Below, one piece after another: positions 24,911 to 34,065 of a DNA stretch of 64,000 nucleotides. The stretch spans positions 1 through 64,000 of IMG/VR virus record IMGVR_UViG_3300037466_001997, one strand, 5' to 3'. The notes beneath the pieces were generated by a model, which was given only the letters and a program-made list of their open reading frames with translations, was not told the origin of the DNA and did not search any database. Position numbers and translations under genes: made by a program. The number at the start of each line of letters is the position of its first letter. The stretch's first letter is position 1. This stretch comes from a virus. Taxonomy: Duplodnaviria; Heunggongvirae; Uroviricota; Caudoviricetes.

Positions 24911-25872
24911 CTAAAACCAACTTTTTGTGTTTCTGGTTTTACATAGTTCGGATTTGTCAGTTTGGCAAGGGTAATAGTTTCTGATCTATCCATTTCTGGC
25001 ATTGGCAGACCCATGGCCTGTGCGGCGGCTTCTGCCTCGGTTTTCGTGAAAGCCCGGAAATCCAGAACGTCAAAGCAGCGACCGGGGCGGATAAGAGCGT
25101 GGTCGGTCTGGTTAAGCGTGTTGTATTCCAGATTGGCTGTAAAAATAATTTTTTTCGTATTTTTCATCAAGCCGTCTGAAATGTTCAGAAGCTTCGACAT
25201 GGTTTTGTTTCCAGCCTGTTCACGGGAAAGCAGCATTGTATCAGCATCTTCCATGATCAGAATATCTTGGTCATCCGTAATCAAGTCGATATAGAGCTTG
25301 TCGGAATTCATCAGATGTTCTTCATAGGTGATCATTGCCTCTAGGTTGTTACGAACCAGAAGTTCACGAATGAATGTGGTCTTTCCAGTTCCCGGCTCAC
25401 CCAGAAGAATCAGGATATTGGCTTCCGATTCCAGATAGCGCTTGAAATATGCTTGAACACCATCGTTAATCCACGGATACATCGCATCATGGACAGGATG
25501 TTTTTGTTCGATATCGATAGTCTTGGTTTCGGTTCGGCCTTCGTTCAGGAAGTACCACTTGATAGTTGGATTGTTTTTGATTGGCTGGCGAAGTGCATCG
25601 CAAATGGCAGAGACTTCTGCCTGTGCACCAGAAATGCGGATATAGAATCCGGCTTTGGTTGGTTCAAAGATGTCGCCGGAATAGTTTACCCGTCGAGAGA
25701 TACGGGCGAATACCAGAGCAACCATCTTACTCAAAGAAGTATCATATACTTCAATGTAGAAGGCGTTGTTTTCGAAATGTTCAATGATTGTTTTATAGCC
25801 AAGATCACGGATTGTCCGTGCGATCTTCATTTCTTCTTCAATCTGCTTGCCATCGTAATTGTATTCAAGCAT
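24907..25872 (-). CDS. classic-clade AAA ATPase (track ORF 24907..26085; its N-terminal extension would overlap tRNA-Glu, so internal start assumed)
   Basis: Walker A LLGEPGTGKTTF, Walker B IMEDAD, second region of homology ALIRPGRCFDV. Confidence 0.6.
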   Translation of the reverse strand: MLEYNYDGKQIEEEMKIARTIRDLGYKTIIEHFENNAFYIEVYDTSLSKMVALVFARISRRVNYSGDIFEPTKAGFYIRISGAQAEVSAICDALRQPIKNNPTIKWYFLNEGRTETKTIDIEQKHPVHDAMYPWINDGVQAYFKRYLESEANILILLGEPGTGKTTFIRELLVRNNLEAMITYEEHLMNSDKLYIDLITDDQDILIMEDADTMLLSREQAGNKTMSKLLNISDGLMKNTKKIIFTANLEYNTLNQTDHALIRPGRCFDVLDFRAFTKTEAEAAAQAMGLPMPEMDRSETITLAKLTNPNYVKPETQKVGFR

Positions 25873-26024
25873 TGAAACAAAGAAATCTTGCTTGATGGTC
25901 TTGGAAAATTCTGTAAGTTTTAGTCCATAGTGTGAAAAGTCATCGTCCGAAACGTGATAGTTCAGATTATGCTGCAAAATCAAAGCCTTGATAATAGTAA
26001 AACGAAAGGGTGAAGGGTGAAAAT

Positions 26025-26099
26025 TGGTACTCCCGAACGGTATCGATCCGTCTTCTCCGCCTTGAAAGGGCAGCGTTCTAGCCACTAAACTACGGGAGC
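26025..26099 (-). tRNA. tRNA-Glu (anticodon UUC)
   Basis: Acceptor GCTCCCG/CGGGAGT plus ACCA, loop CTTTCAA. T-loop is atypical (ATCGATA). Confidence 0.5.
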
Positions 26100-26164
26100 T
26101 TAAAGTCTAGTTGTTTAGACTAGACTGGCCTTCATTTGATATCCCGCAAAGCCAATGCGTGTTT

Positions 26165-26250
26165 TGGTGGGCGCAGAAGGAGTCGAACCTCCACAGCCGA
26201 AGCCGCTGGTTTACAGCCAGTTAGTCTCGCCACATGACTAGTGTGCGCCC
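26165..26250 (-). tRNA. tRNA-Tyr (anticodon GUA), type II
   Basis: Acceptor GGGCGCA/TGCGCCC, loop CTGTAAA, long variable arm, T-arm GGAGGTTCGACTCCTTC, CCA. Confidence 0.65.
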
Positions 26251-26306
26251 AAATTGGTTGAACGATGTTTCAAGCGGGCACACCGTTCAAAGCCCTACAT
26301 GGTTTA

Positions 26307-26335
26307 TATTTATACCAGATATCTGGTAAAGTCAA
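26307..26335 (-). promoter_or_regulatory. tRNA promoter TTGACT-17-TAAATA
   Basis: tatttataccagatatctggtaaagtcaa. Confidence 0.4.
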
Positions 26336-26342
26336 CAACTTT

Positions 26343-27281
26343 TTACGAAAAAGTTGAAGTTTCTGTGTTTGCCGAAACTTCTGGTGCTGCGGCAGGAACA
26401 GTGATCTTCACAACCGGAACCATAGCAGTACCATCCCACTGTGTCAATACACCAGCGATGTGTCCTTCCACAGAAGGAACGGCAGATGCATCAACAGTTG
26501 TTTCATCAACAACTTCTGATGTGTGTGCTGGTGTGTAATCCACAGGTGTTACAGGAACAACCGGTGCTGGTGTTGGTTCAGCTACAGGCGCTGGCGCTTC
26601 CACAGGTGCTGGCGCATCGACCGGAGCCGGATCAGCAACTACAGGGGCGTCAACTGGTGCCGGTGCTGGTGCGTCAACCGGAGCTTCCACAGGGGCAGGG
26701 TCCGCAACTACCGGCGCATCAACTGGCGCAGGCGCATCAACTGGTGTTTCAGGTGCTGGCGCTGGTGCGTCAACAACTGGTGTTTCGACCGGTGCCGGTG
26801 TTTCTGGGGCAGGGTCTGCTACAGGCGCTGGTGCATCAACTGGTGCTGGTGCTGGTGCATCAACTGGGGCTGGTGTTTCTACCGGAGCCGGGTCAGCAAC
26901 TACAGGGGCAGGATCAGCAACTGGGGCAGGATCAGCGGCTGGCGCTGGTGTTTCTGCCGGTGCAGGATCAGCTACGGGTGCCGGGTCAGCGGCTGGCGCT
27001 GGTGTAGGGTCTACAGGTTCTGGGGCTGGCGCTGGTGCGTCTTCCACAGGTGTTGGTGCAGGCTCTGCCGGTGTTTCTACCGGTGCCGGTGCATCTTGTG
27101 CTGGCGCTGGTGCGTCTACCGGTGCTGGTGCATCGACAGGGGTTTCTACTGGTGCTGGTGCGTCAACTGGCGCAACAACTTCGTCAGCGAAGAATTTTTC
27201 AATATCTTCGACTACTTCTTTTTCGATTTCTTCGAATTTTTCAACGATATCATCGATGATTTCTTTTGGGTTCTTGGCCAA
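26343..27281 (-). CDS. Pro/Ala-rich tandem-repeat protein (DAPAPV/ETPAPV repeats) with ordered N- and C-terminal ends
   Basis: Over 200 aa of (D/E)(A/T)PAPV-type repeats; highly repetitive DNA. Confidence 0.5.
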   Translation of the reverse strand: MAKNPKEIIDDIVEKFEEIEKEVVEDIEKFFADEVVAPVDAPAPVETPVDAPAPVDAPAPAQDAPAPVETPAEPAPTPVEDAPAPAPEPVDPTPAPAADPAPVADPAPAETPAPAADPAPVADPAPVVADPAPVETPAPVDAPAPAPVDAPAPVADPAPETPAPVETPVVDAPAPAPETPVDAPAPVDAPVVADPAPVEAPVDAPAPAPVDAPVVADPAPVDAPAPVEAPAPVAEPTPAPVVPVTPVDYTPAHTSEVVDETTVDASAVPSVEGHIAGVLTQWDGTAMVPVVKITVPAAAPEVSANTETSTFS

Positions 27282-27383
27282 TATAGTGTCCTCAAGGAAT
27301 AGGGGGTGAACTTCACAGTCCTATTTATAAATCCCGATTCCTATAAAGGCCCTAGTTTAGCCAATTCTAACATTACAAATTTT

Positions 27384-27683
27384 TTATTTTTTGATTTTGT
27401 CTGCTAGAGACTTCAACTTTTCTTTACCGGCTTCTGTCAAAGCATCCAAGTCCGGCTTGTGTGCCTGAACTGATGTCGTGATCGCTTCGCCGGTTTCTTT
27501 GGCTTTCTCTTTGGCGGCTTCTGCCGCTTCCTTGGTCTTCTCGTAGAGATTGCCGCCAAGTTCAGCCGCTTTGTCGAGAATCTTGGATTCCTCGATCTTG
27601 TCTTTCATGGCCTCGCCAGCTACAGAAGCCTTTTCCTTGGTCCAATCCCAAGCATTCTTCCAGTCAGATATCTTGAAGCTCAT
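27384..27683 (-). CDS. hypothetical helical Lys/Glu-rich protein (CsbD/YtxH-like composition)
   Basis: 99-aa ORF. Confidence 0.5.
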   Translation of the reverse strand: MSFKISDWKNAWDWTKEKASVAGEAMKDKIEESKILDKAAELGGNLYEKTKEAAEAAKEKAKETGEAITTSVQAHKPDLDALTEAGKEKLKSLADKIKK

Positions 27684-27693
27684 AATATATTCC

Positions 27694-27936
27694 TTAGTTC
27701 AAGCGTTTTCTATAGCCAGCAAACGACCGACCAAGACGATAAATTGAATTTAATGTCTCGATTGTGTCGTCATTGATCTTCACGATAAGTGAAGTGAGTT
27801 GAAGTTTCCCATTGGTACAGTTAGGATGATCCTTGATGTTACCCATGAGAAACAAGGTTCCTTTGGCATCTGGTGGCTGGAAAAAACCTCTTTTGTCAAC
27901 TATCGCCCAATTCTCTATCTTGTACTCTGGTTTCAT
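27694..27936 (-). CDS. hypothetical protein, 80 aa
   Basis: ORF. Confidence 0.45.
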   Translation of the reverse strand: MKPEYKIENWAIVDKRGFFQPPDAKGTLFLMGNIKDHPNCTNGKLQLTSLIVKINDDTIETLNSIYRLGRSFAGYRKRLN

Positions 27937-28189
27937 TGGGCAAATTTTTCCTTAGCTCTATAAGGTCACTGGCTTTCCATTTAAGGCGTTGTATATTTTG
28001 AACTTGACCGGCTGTCAAGCGTTTTCCACGATACTTTTCATTAAGCCAATTCACTTCGGCGTAAATTTTGTCAATTTGTTCCGTTAATTCTTGCCGGGTC
28101 ATCGCATGTATGTCTTTAACCGCTTTGTTGAAGGCATCAACAACTCGTTTGTTTTTGGCTAATTCGACAGCCTTTTTAGGGTCCATCAT
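27896..28189 (-). CDS. hypothetical protein, 97 aa
   Basis: ORF. Confidence 0.5.
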   Translation of the reverse strand: MMDPKKAVELAKNKRVVDAFNKAVKDIHAMTRQELTEQIDKIYAEVNWLNEKYRGKRLTAGQVQNIQRLKWKASDLIELRKNLPNETRVQDRELGDS

Positions 28190-28209
28190 CCTAATTCCTC
28201 GGCCCGGAT

Positions 28210-28245
28210 GTACAAAAGAAAATCCCCGACACAGTGGCCGGGGAG
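28210..28245 (-). terminator. terminator downstream of tRNA-Val
   Basis: CCCCGACACAGTGGCCGGGG followed by ATTTTCTTTTG on minus strand. Confidence 0.45.
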
Positions 28246-28277
28246 GGACATGAATAAATTCATGTCGTTGAAGATTT

Positions 28278-28352
28278 TGGTAGGCGATGATGGAATCGAA
28301 CCACCGACATTCTCCGTGTAAAGGAGGCGTTCTACCGCTGAACTAATCGCCC
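28278..28352 (-). tRNA. tRNA-Val (anticodon UAC)
   Basis: Acceptor GGGCGAT/ATCGCCT, D-arm TAGTTCAGCGGTAGAAC, loop TTTACAC, T-arm GGTGGTTCGATTCCATC, CCA. Confidence 0.6.
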
Positions 28353-28362
28353 ATCAATCTAT

Positions 28363-28650
28363 TTAGTCGAGAATACCAAGAATATCATCTTCTGTCAAGA
28401 TAAAATATTCATTTCCTTCAACAGAAATCTTGGTAGCTGAATTTGGAGCAATCAAAACTTGATCGCCAACCGTGACATTCATCAAAATTGGCTGGCCTGA
28501 TTTGTTTGTTCCGCCCGGCCCAACCGCTACAACTTCGCCTTCAAGAGGCTTGCGCTGTGCATTTTCTGGTAGAAGAATGCCGCCCGGCGTTCTGGTGGCG
28601 GCTTCCTTTTGCTTGACCAATACTCGATTGCCAAGTGGTGTAAAGTTCAT
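28363..28650 (-). CDS. groES: GroES co-chaperonin (Hsp10)
   Basis: Full-length match to GroES pattern: PLGNRVLVK...GGILLPE...GEVVAVGPG...GDQVL. Confidence 0.85.
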   Translation of the reverse strand: MNFTPLGNRVLVKQKEAATRTPGGILLPENAQRKPLEGEVVAVGPGGTNKSGQPILMNVTVGDQVLIAPNSATKISVEGNEYFILTEDDILGILD

Positions 28651-28668
28651 GTGTGTTCCCTGTGTCTG

Positions 28669-28744
28669 TGGCGACCCCGGCTGGATTCGAACCAGCGACC
28701 TCTAGCTTAGAAGGCTATTGCTCTATCCTCTGAGCTACGGAGCC
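28669..28744 (-). tRNA. tRNA-Arg (anticodon UCU)
   Basis: Acceptor GGCTCCG/CGGGGTC, D-arm TAGCTCAGAGGATAGAGC, loop CTTCTAA, T-arm GCTGGTTCGAATCCAGC, CCA. Confidence 0.6.
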
Positions 28745-28797
28745 GAGATTATTTAGACAGGATATATGAAAAGGTTCAAAAAGTCTAGCGAAATCTA

Positions 28798-29025
28798 TCA
28801 ATAACCATCAAGTTTCACGAATTGAGACTTCGCCACGGTTTGCAGATAGACGCCGCATCTGTACCATGCACGGGAAACAAGCCTATCGGTTCGATTCGCC
28901 TGCACCGATTCGGCCTTCGACATGGCGACATCGGAAACGCCTTCCATAAAATTCACCAGACCGACTTCATTGATGATGGCTTCGATGGTAAATTTTTCCT
29001 CGACAGTCATTTTTCGATTATTCAT
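28798..29025 (-). CDS. hypothetical protein, 75 aa
   Basis: ORF. Confidence 0.45.
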   Translation of the reverse strand: MNNRKMTVEEKFTIEAIINEVGLVNFMEGVSDVAMSKAESVQANRTDRLVSRAWYRCGVYLQTVAKSQFVKLDGY

Positions 29026-29285
29026 TCATCCATCCCCAGTGCGTTACGAATCACCCGTTGAGTCGAAGTGATCCCGTAGTCCATACCAGCGTCATAAATC
29101 TTTTTGACGGCCCATTCAACCGCCTTATCAAGAGCGATTGCTGAAAAGTCGATTTCGACGTGATGCACGGGATGGTAGAATTCCGCATCAGAATCCTTGA
29201 TATGGGAAAAGCCGAGCGGTTTCAGCACAGCGTTCAGTTGCCGAAGCTGCATTTCCTTCATGGCTTCCGTGCGAGTGTCCTTCAT
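29022..29285 (-). CDS. hypothetical protein (ATG with AGGAGAAG RBS; track ORF extends to 29333)
   Basis: ORF. Confidence 0.5.
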   Translation of the reverse strand: MKDTRTEAMKEMQLRQLNAVLKPLGFSHIKDSDAEFYHPVHHVEIDFSAIALDKAVEWAVKKIYDAGMDYGITSTQRVIRNALGMDE

Positions 29286-29295
29286 GCTTCTTCTC

Positions 29296-29544
29296 CTATA
29301 CCTGAACCTGAACTTCCCTATAACGAACAACACATTCCTGATAATCGTTCGTAGCGTCGTTGGGTATCCAACGTTCCTTCACATACTGATGTTCGTGAGC
29401 GACCAAAGCCCTATAGTTCAGTGCTTCTTCTCTGGTCGGAAATGGTTCGAATTTGTATTCATCCACTTCCTGTCCATACTGATCCACATTTATCCAACAT
29501 ACCCGCCATTCACAACGATACGTCTTAAAAGTGAAACCAGTCAT
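29296..29544 (-). CDS. hypothetical protein, 82 aa
   Basis: Sits under promoter 29569-29596. Confidence 0.5.
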   Translation of the reverse strand: MTGFTFKTYRCEWRVCWINVDQYGQEVDEYKFEPFPTREEALNYRALVAHEHQYVKERWIPNDATNDYQECVVRYREVQVQV

Positions 29545-29568
29545 CGGTCAAACTCCAATTACAAATCG

Positions 29569-29596
29569 AATATAATCGAAATCTAGAGAATGTCAA
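29569..29596 (-). promoter_or_regulatory. sigma70-like promoter TTGACA-16-TATATT (cassette copy)
   Basis: aaatcgaatataatcgaaatctagagaatgtcaa. Confidence 0.55.
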
Positions 29597-29597
29597 G

Positions 29598-29625
29598 CAG
29601 AAAAAAGGGAGCCGAAGCTCCCTTG
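29598..29625 (-). terminator. rho-independent terminator
   Basis: GGGAGCCGAAGCTCCC followed by TTTTTTCTG on minus strand. Confidence 0.55.
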
Positions 29626-29642
29626 ATTCTAAGTTTTTAAAT

Positions 29643-30536
29643 TTATTGTGCCGGTTTTGGCTGTTCTTTGAGCATGTCGCCGGTATTGAGTAGGAACCCA
29701 AGCCCGCCATTGCCGCTGGTGATCTTGGACAGGATACCATCCCACTTCTGAACAAGCTGGTACTGGATAAGCTCCGGTGAAATCGATTGGGCAAGAACCT
29801 TGTTGGCTTCTGCCTGTGCCTGTGCCTGTAGTCTGGTCGATTCTGCAAAGCCCTTGGCTTCCTCGACTTTCTTTTGTGCTTCCGCTCTTGCGGTCGCCAC
29901 TTCGTTTTCACGCTGTTGCGCCATCTGGGTAGCCTGTAGCTTGGCGTTTATGGCGGCGGTCACTTGTTCGGGCAAGCGGAGCGGCCCAATCCAGTAGAGC
30001 TTTTCGACAATGATTCCGATAGGCTCGACTTGTTTCTTCACATCTTCCGTGACACGGTTCATCAGGTCGGCCCGCTTCTCACCATACACGTCATCGACAC
30101 GCAAGGTGGAGCTTTCCGTAACCAGAGCATCACGAACCATGTTGCGAAGATAAATGTCCGTGATTTCTTCCACACCACGACGATATTTCTGGAATACCAA
30201 GGAAACCTTGTCGGGTTCGATGTGATAAGAAATACCAACATCGGCAGAAATAGTCATGCCTTCCGATGATTGGAATTGCAATTCTTCATCATTTGGCGAA
30301 CCCTCTGTAGAAGCTTTCGTCCAGCTATAGTTCTGGGTGAAAGTCGGGAATACAAACAAGTCCTGATTCCACGTGATCATATACCGGCCCGGTCCTAGCA
30401 CGTCATGATCAACGCCCTTGGAACCACCAAGCAGATTGACACGGATGCCAACATTGCCAGCGGGCACCTTTCCACATGCGGACACACCAAATGCCATAAG
30501 GCAGAGCGCCGCAAACATTACAAATTTTCTGAACAT
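29643..30536 (-). CDS. SPFH/band-7 (prohibitin/HflK-like) lipoprotein
   Basis: Signal peptide with lipobox (AFGVSAC); Ala/Gln/Glu-rich SPFH C-terminal helix. Confidence 0.65.
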   Translation of the reverse strand: MFRKFVMFAALCLMAFGVSACGKVPAGNVGIRVNLLGGSKGVDHDVLGPGRYMITWNQDLFVFPTFTQNYSWTKASTEGSPNDEELQFQSSEGMTISADVGISYHIEPDKVSLVFQKYRRGVEEITDIYLRNMVRDALVTESSTLRVDDVYGEKRADLMNRVTEDVKKQVEPIGIIVEKLYWIGPLRLPEQVTAAINAKLQATQMAQQRENEVATARAEAQKKVEEAKGFAESTRLQAQAQAEANKVLAQSISPELIQYQLVQKWDGILSKITSGNGGLGFLLNTGDMLKEQPKPAQ

Positions 30537-30539
30537 AAT

Positions 30540-30758
30540 TTATGCAGTTTCCTTGAATTTGTTGATGACCGTCTGGCCTTCAACGGTTGTGGTCCATTTC
30601 TTGATGATCCTATAAACCGCATAGATCGTGAACGGGAATACAAGGAAACCCACCACAACCGATACGGAAGAAGTTGCGGATACGAGTGTTGGACCTAGAA
30701 GACCGCAACCCGCAACGAATACGAATACGACAGCAATGCCGTACAAAAGCGAAGTCAT
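30540..30758 (-). CDS. small two-TM membrane protein
   Basis: 72-aa hydrophobic ORF. Confidence 0.5.
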   Translation of the reverse strand: MTSLLYGIAVVFVFVAGCGLLGPTLVSATSSVSVVVGFLVFPFTIYAVYRIIKKWTTTVEGQTVINKFKETA

Positions 30759-30791
30759 GTTTTTAAACCCTCAATTAAAATTTGAATGAAT

Positions 30792-31970
30792 CTACAGAGT
30801 GGCTATCAGATTGTCAATCCACTCTGAACGTCTTTTCTTAAGTTCTTTTCCCAGTTCTGGGCCGGGCTTAAAACCTTCTGTCATTAGATCACTAGCATTG
30901 ACTGGCCAAGGACGAATTTCCCAACTTGCTGTTTTGCCGGGGAAATCGGAAGTGAAAAATTTATCCCACTTTTCCCAATCCTTGGTTCTTTTCAGTTTAA
31001 CAAGGTCCATCACGAACATGCACAGGAAATCATTCTTGTAGCAGTGTGACAGGATTTCGAAATTTGTTGTTCTCGAATGGTTCATCATGAAATAGGTCTT
31101 GACAAACTCTATCTCATAGGATGGTGCACGAAACCGATTCGTCATCGCATTCAGGATACGATGTTCGTTGTAGTCAAACAGTGCAATCAGTTTCAGCATC
31201 CACCATTCCTCATGGTTGAAATCCTTCACCATGGGATGATGCGGCACCGGAATGCCCAGTTGCGGCCCGATGTAATTTACCAGAAGGCGAGCAATGGTGA
31301 TGCACTTTGGCTGTGACAGAATTTTGTGCAGTTCTGCCCAAATGCGTTCGCCGGAAATTTTATCCAGACCGTGGCAAGTATCCTGAATCACCTTCATGTT
31401 TGCGTCGAAGGTGGCATCAAAGTTCACTGTTTTCATGCGACCAAGGAAGCGAAAATAGCGAAGGATTCGCAGATAGTCTTCCTCGATACGATCACGGGCA
31501 TTGCCGACAAACCGCACAACGCAATTTTTCAGATCGTCCGCACCGTTGAAATAGTCATAGACCGTGCCATCCTTGTCCATGAACATGGCATTAAACGTGA
31601 AGTCACGCCGGGCTGCATCCAATTCCCAGTCAGTATGGAATTCGACTTCGGCGTGACGACCGTTCGTTTCCTTGTCGATTCGGAGAGTCGTGATTTCGAA
31701 TGGTTCACGGCCCACCATGACCGTAACCGTGCCATGTTGTAGGCCAGTCGGAATGACGTTATATCCAAGAGCTTCAAACTCCTGAATGGTCTGTCCCGGC
31801 CTTGCCGTAGTGGCAATGTCTATGTCTTTTGGGTCTTTGCCAAGTAGAAAGTCACGAACAGCACCACCAGCGATGCGAGCTTCGAAGCCTGCATCCTCTA
31901 GAATCGTCATAACTTTCGTGGCGTTCTCATTCATATTATCTGAAATACCAAAAGAAATAGGAAATGTCAA
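30792..31970 (-). CDS. cca: tRNA nucleotidyltransferase (CCA-adding enzyme), class II
   Basis: GGAVRDFLLGKDPKDIDIATTARP head motif plus HD-like body, 392 aa. Confidence 0.8.
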   Translation of the reverse strand: MTFPISFGISDNMNENATKVMTILEDAGFEARIAGGAVRDFLLGKDPKDIDIATTARPGQTIQEFEALGYNVIPTGLQHGTVTVMVGREPFEITTLRIDKETNGRHAEVEFHTDWELDAARRDFTFNAMFMDKDGTVYDYFNGADDLKNCVVRFVGNARDRIEEDYLRILRYFRFLGRMKTVNFDATFDANMKVIQDTCHGLDKISGERIWAELHKILSQPKCITIARLLVNYIGPQLGIPVPHHPMVKDFNHEEWWMLKLIALFDYNEHRILNAMTNRFRAPSYEIEFVKTYFMMNHSRTTNFEILSHCYKNDFLCMFVMDLVKLKRTKDWEKWDKFFTSDFPGKTASWEIRPWPVNASDLMTEGFKPGPELGKELKKRRSEWIDNLIATL

Positions 31971-32249
31971 TCATGCATATTCCTGTAGATCGTCATTAAA
32001 ATGGGTTACAAGAATTTTCATCAAATCGGTAAAGGTTGGAGCATGGATGGTGTAGAAACCAACTGGCGTTCTGGGATAGCATTGCAACGACCACAGTTCA
32101 TCCTCAACACAGGCTTTCAGATAATCGTCTTGTGAAGCCCATTCGTGGGGATCAAACTCCCCAACAAATTGTTCTACCGTGTCATAATACATCTTATGAT
32201 CGTTATGACTGATGGTAATTCCCAGATGTTTTGGTAGAATTACACTCAT
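31971..32249 (-). CDS. hypothetical protein, 92 aa
   Basis: ORF. Confidence 0.5.
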   Translation of the reverse strand: MSVILPKHLGITISHNDHKMYYDTVEQFVGEFDPHEWASQDDYLKACVEDELWSLQCYPRTPVGFYTIHAPTFTDLMKILVTHFNDDLQEYA

Positions 32250-32605
32250 TCTGATACTTCCATTTCTTCAATTATGGGAATTTTACAGGGAACCAAGTCT
32301 TTTCGAAGATCGATACGAACGTTTTCGGGAGTGCTTGACAGGATAATAACTAGGGTTATTCCTCTGCCTCTTGCTTTTCGAGCTTCACTGAAACAATGAA
32401 TAGTCGCTCTACTTTTCGTTCGGAATCTACCGAGTCCGATTTTCTCTATGCCAACATAATCCGGAATTTTTTGTGCCATTTCAGAAAAGAAATCAGCACC
32501 TTCACGAACCGTCTCGGCGAAAATTACAAAATGACATCTGTCTGGCTTAGTACAGAGCAAAACCGACAGGTAGTCGATAATTGTCTGTCTAGTCATGTTT
32601 GTCAT
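32246..32605 (-). CDS. hypothetical protein, 119 aa
   Basis: ORF. Confidence 0.5.
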   Translation of the reverse strand: MTNMTRQTIIDYLSVLLCTKPDRCHFVIFAETVREGADFFSEMAQKIPDYVGIEKIGLGRFRTKSRATIHCFSEARKARGRGITLVIILSSTPENVRIDLRKDLVPCKIPIIEEMEVSE

Positions 32606-32856
32606 TTATCGGCCCAAGACTTGCCACGATATTCCACCTTGGAACAACGCCACTGGCTGACATGACTGGAATACTTTTCATCTTCAATTTGAGTGTTCCA
32701 CTCTAGATCGAAAATGTATTCGCCATCATCAGCAGTGCGAATATTAGCGATCTTGCCACGTCTTCCATGTGCACCAATGATTTTATCATTGAGTTTGATT
32801 GTGGAGGGATCGATTTCAGAAAGAAATTTCTTGGCTTTTGGAAGTGTTCTTTGCAT
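32602..32856 (-). CDS. hypothetical protein, 84 aa
   Basis: ORF. Confidence 0.5.
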   Translation of the reverse strand: MQRTLPKAKKFLSEIDPSTIKLNDKIIGAHGRRGKIANIRTADDGEYIFDLEWNTQIEDEKYSSHVSQWRCSKVEYRGKSWADK

Positions 32857-32866
32857 TTAATTACCT

Positions 32867-33208
32867 TTATTGTTTACAGTTTTCTACCCAAATGATGTTA
32901 CGGAACCATGAGAAGAATGGGATACGCCACCCGGCAACCAAGACCTTTTCACAGGTTGTGCCCTTGGTAATCTGTCTGTGCACGTCGCCCGTGTCGAACT
33001 TCAAGAACGACCATTCATCGACATTTTCAAAGGTTTCGTCGGATGCGTATTCTAGGAACCGACAATCAGTGCCTTCGGTGTTACAGCGTTCCTCGCCATC
33101 TTTGATGAAATGAACATTCACCAGAGTTTCAGACCATACAACCCGGTAGACCTTGACGCCGCCCCACAGCACAGCAAGAACACCAGCGGCAATCAGAAAT
33201 TTTTTCAT
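32867..33208 (-). CDS. secreted or membrane-anchored hypothetical protein (start at MKKFLIAAGVLAVLWGG)
   Basis: N-terminal signal/anchor. Track ORF extends to 33355. Confidence 0.45.
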   Translation of the reverse strand: MKKFLIAAGVLAVLWGGVKVYRVVWSETLVNVHFIKDGEERCNTEGTDCRFLEYASDETFENVDEWSFLKFDTGDVHRQITKGTTCEKVLVAGWRIPFFSWFRNIIWVENCKQ

Positions 33209-33209
33209 G

Positions 33210-33710
33210 TCAAAGTCCCTGTAGAAAATCCGATAGATTCTTTCTATCGGTATCGTTGAAAAGATTGTAGATAGGAATTTCTTTTTCCATGGCCAGACGC
33301 ATGGCTTGACCGGTTCCACCAGAAGCCTTGCCGTCAGAAGTCCAGCATATGACAAATTTTACTGGAATTTGCAAGCCTTTTCCTAAGATTTGATGGCAGT
33401 TTCGAGCATGTAGCTTTCTGGCACCCTCTTTTAAATTTCTCCAATTTGGGTGAAGGCGCTTTGCCAGAATATAAGCGTCGTCTTCAATGGGAAGAAATGG
33501 AACAGTGGAATTGTTGAAACCCGGCCATGGTAGCCAAATTTCCTTCAAACCGCCAGCACCCTTTTCGAAAGCCATATCGGCACCATCGGCACCGCCCGAG
33601 CGTAAAATATATTTTTTTGTTCTAAGAAAAGATGCAATGCGTGTAAATTGCTGACAGATGGGTTCGGGAGTCTCTCGACTCCCTATTCCCGCATAATATT
33701 CATTCTGCAA
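33210..33710 (-). CDS. DprA/Smf-like Rossmann-fold (SLOG superfamily) protein
   Basis: YAGIGSRETP...ILRSGGADGADMAFEKGA pattern. Confidence 0.5.
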   Translation of the reverse strand: MQNEYYAGIGSRETPEPICQQFTRIASFLRTKKYILRSGGADGADMAFEKGAGGLKEIWLPWPGFNNSTVPFLPIEDDAYILAKRLHPNWRNLKEGARKLHARNCHQILGKGLQIPVKFVICWTSDGKASGGTGQAMRLAMEKEIPIYNLFNDTDRKNLSDFLQGL

Positions 33711-34065
33711 AGTGGTCTTCTAGCCTATCGATAATTGCACCAGAAAAATTGTCGGGATGAAACACGGAGTCCGGGGTGGAACCATTGTCCACCCATGGTG
33801 ACATGGTGTGGGGATTGTCTTCATTCCACAGACCATAGGAATTGCGAATCCAGCGACCCAGTTCCCAACGGGAAAATGCGTTTGGGTCGAACCCTGTCGC
33901 CTTGATCGCTTCTTGATCGCTTTCCTTGGCGGCAAATTTATTTTTCAACAATTCCCGCACATCATCAGTGAGACGATTTGCGATCATATCGGCAAGGATT
34001 TGTTTATTATCCATATAGGAACCGTCTGGATTACGGTTGATGTTCGGATTGTTAGGCATGTTCAT
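33700..34065 (-). CDS. hypothetical protein, 121 aa
   Basis: ORF. Confidence 0.5.
   Translation of the reverse strand: MNMPNNPNINRNPDGSYMDNKQILADMIANRLTDDVRELLKNKFAAKESDQEAIKATGFDPNAFSRWELGRWIRNSYGLWNEDNPHTMSPWVDNGSTPDSVFHPDNFSGAIIDRLEDHFAE

Noticed and set aside
24907-26085. Full-length track ORF for the AAA ATPase, plus track N-terminal extensions of 34865..35302 and 56262..56729.
   Set aside because: The N-terminal extensions run through tRNA genes (tRNA-Glu, tRNA-Ser, tRNA-Trp). Internal ATG starts with an RBS were preferred.
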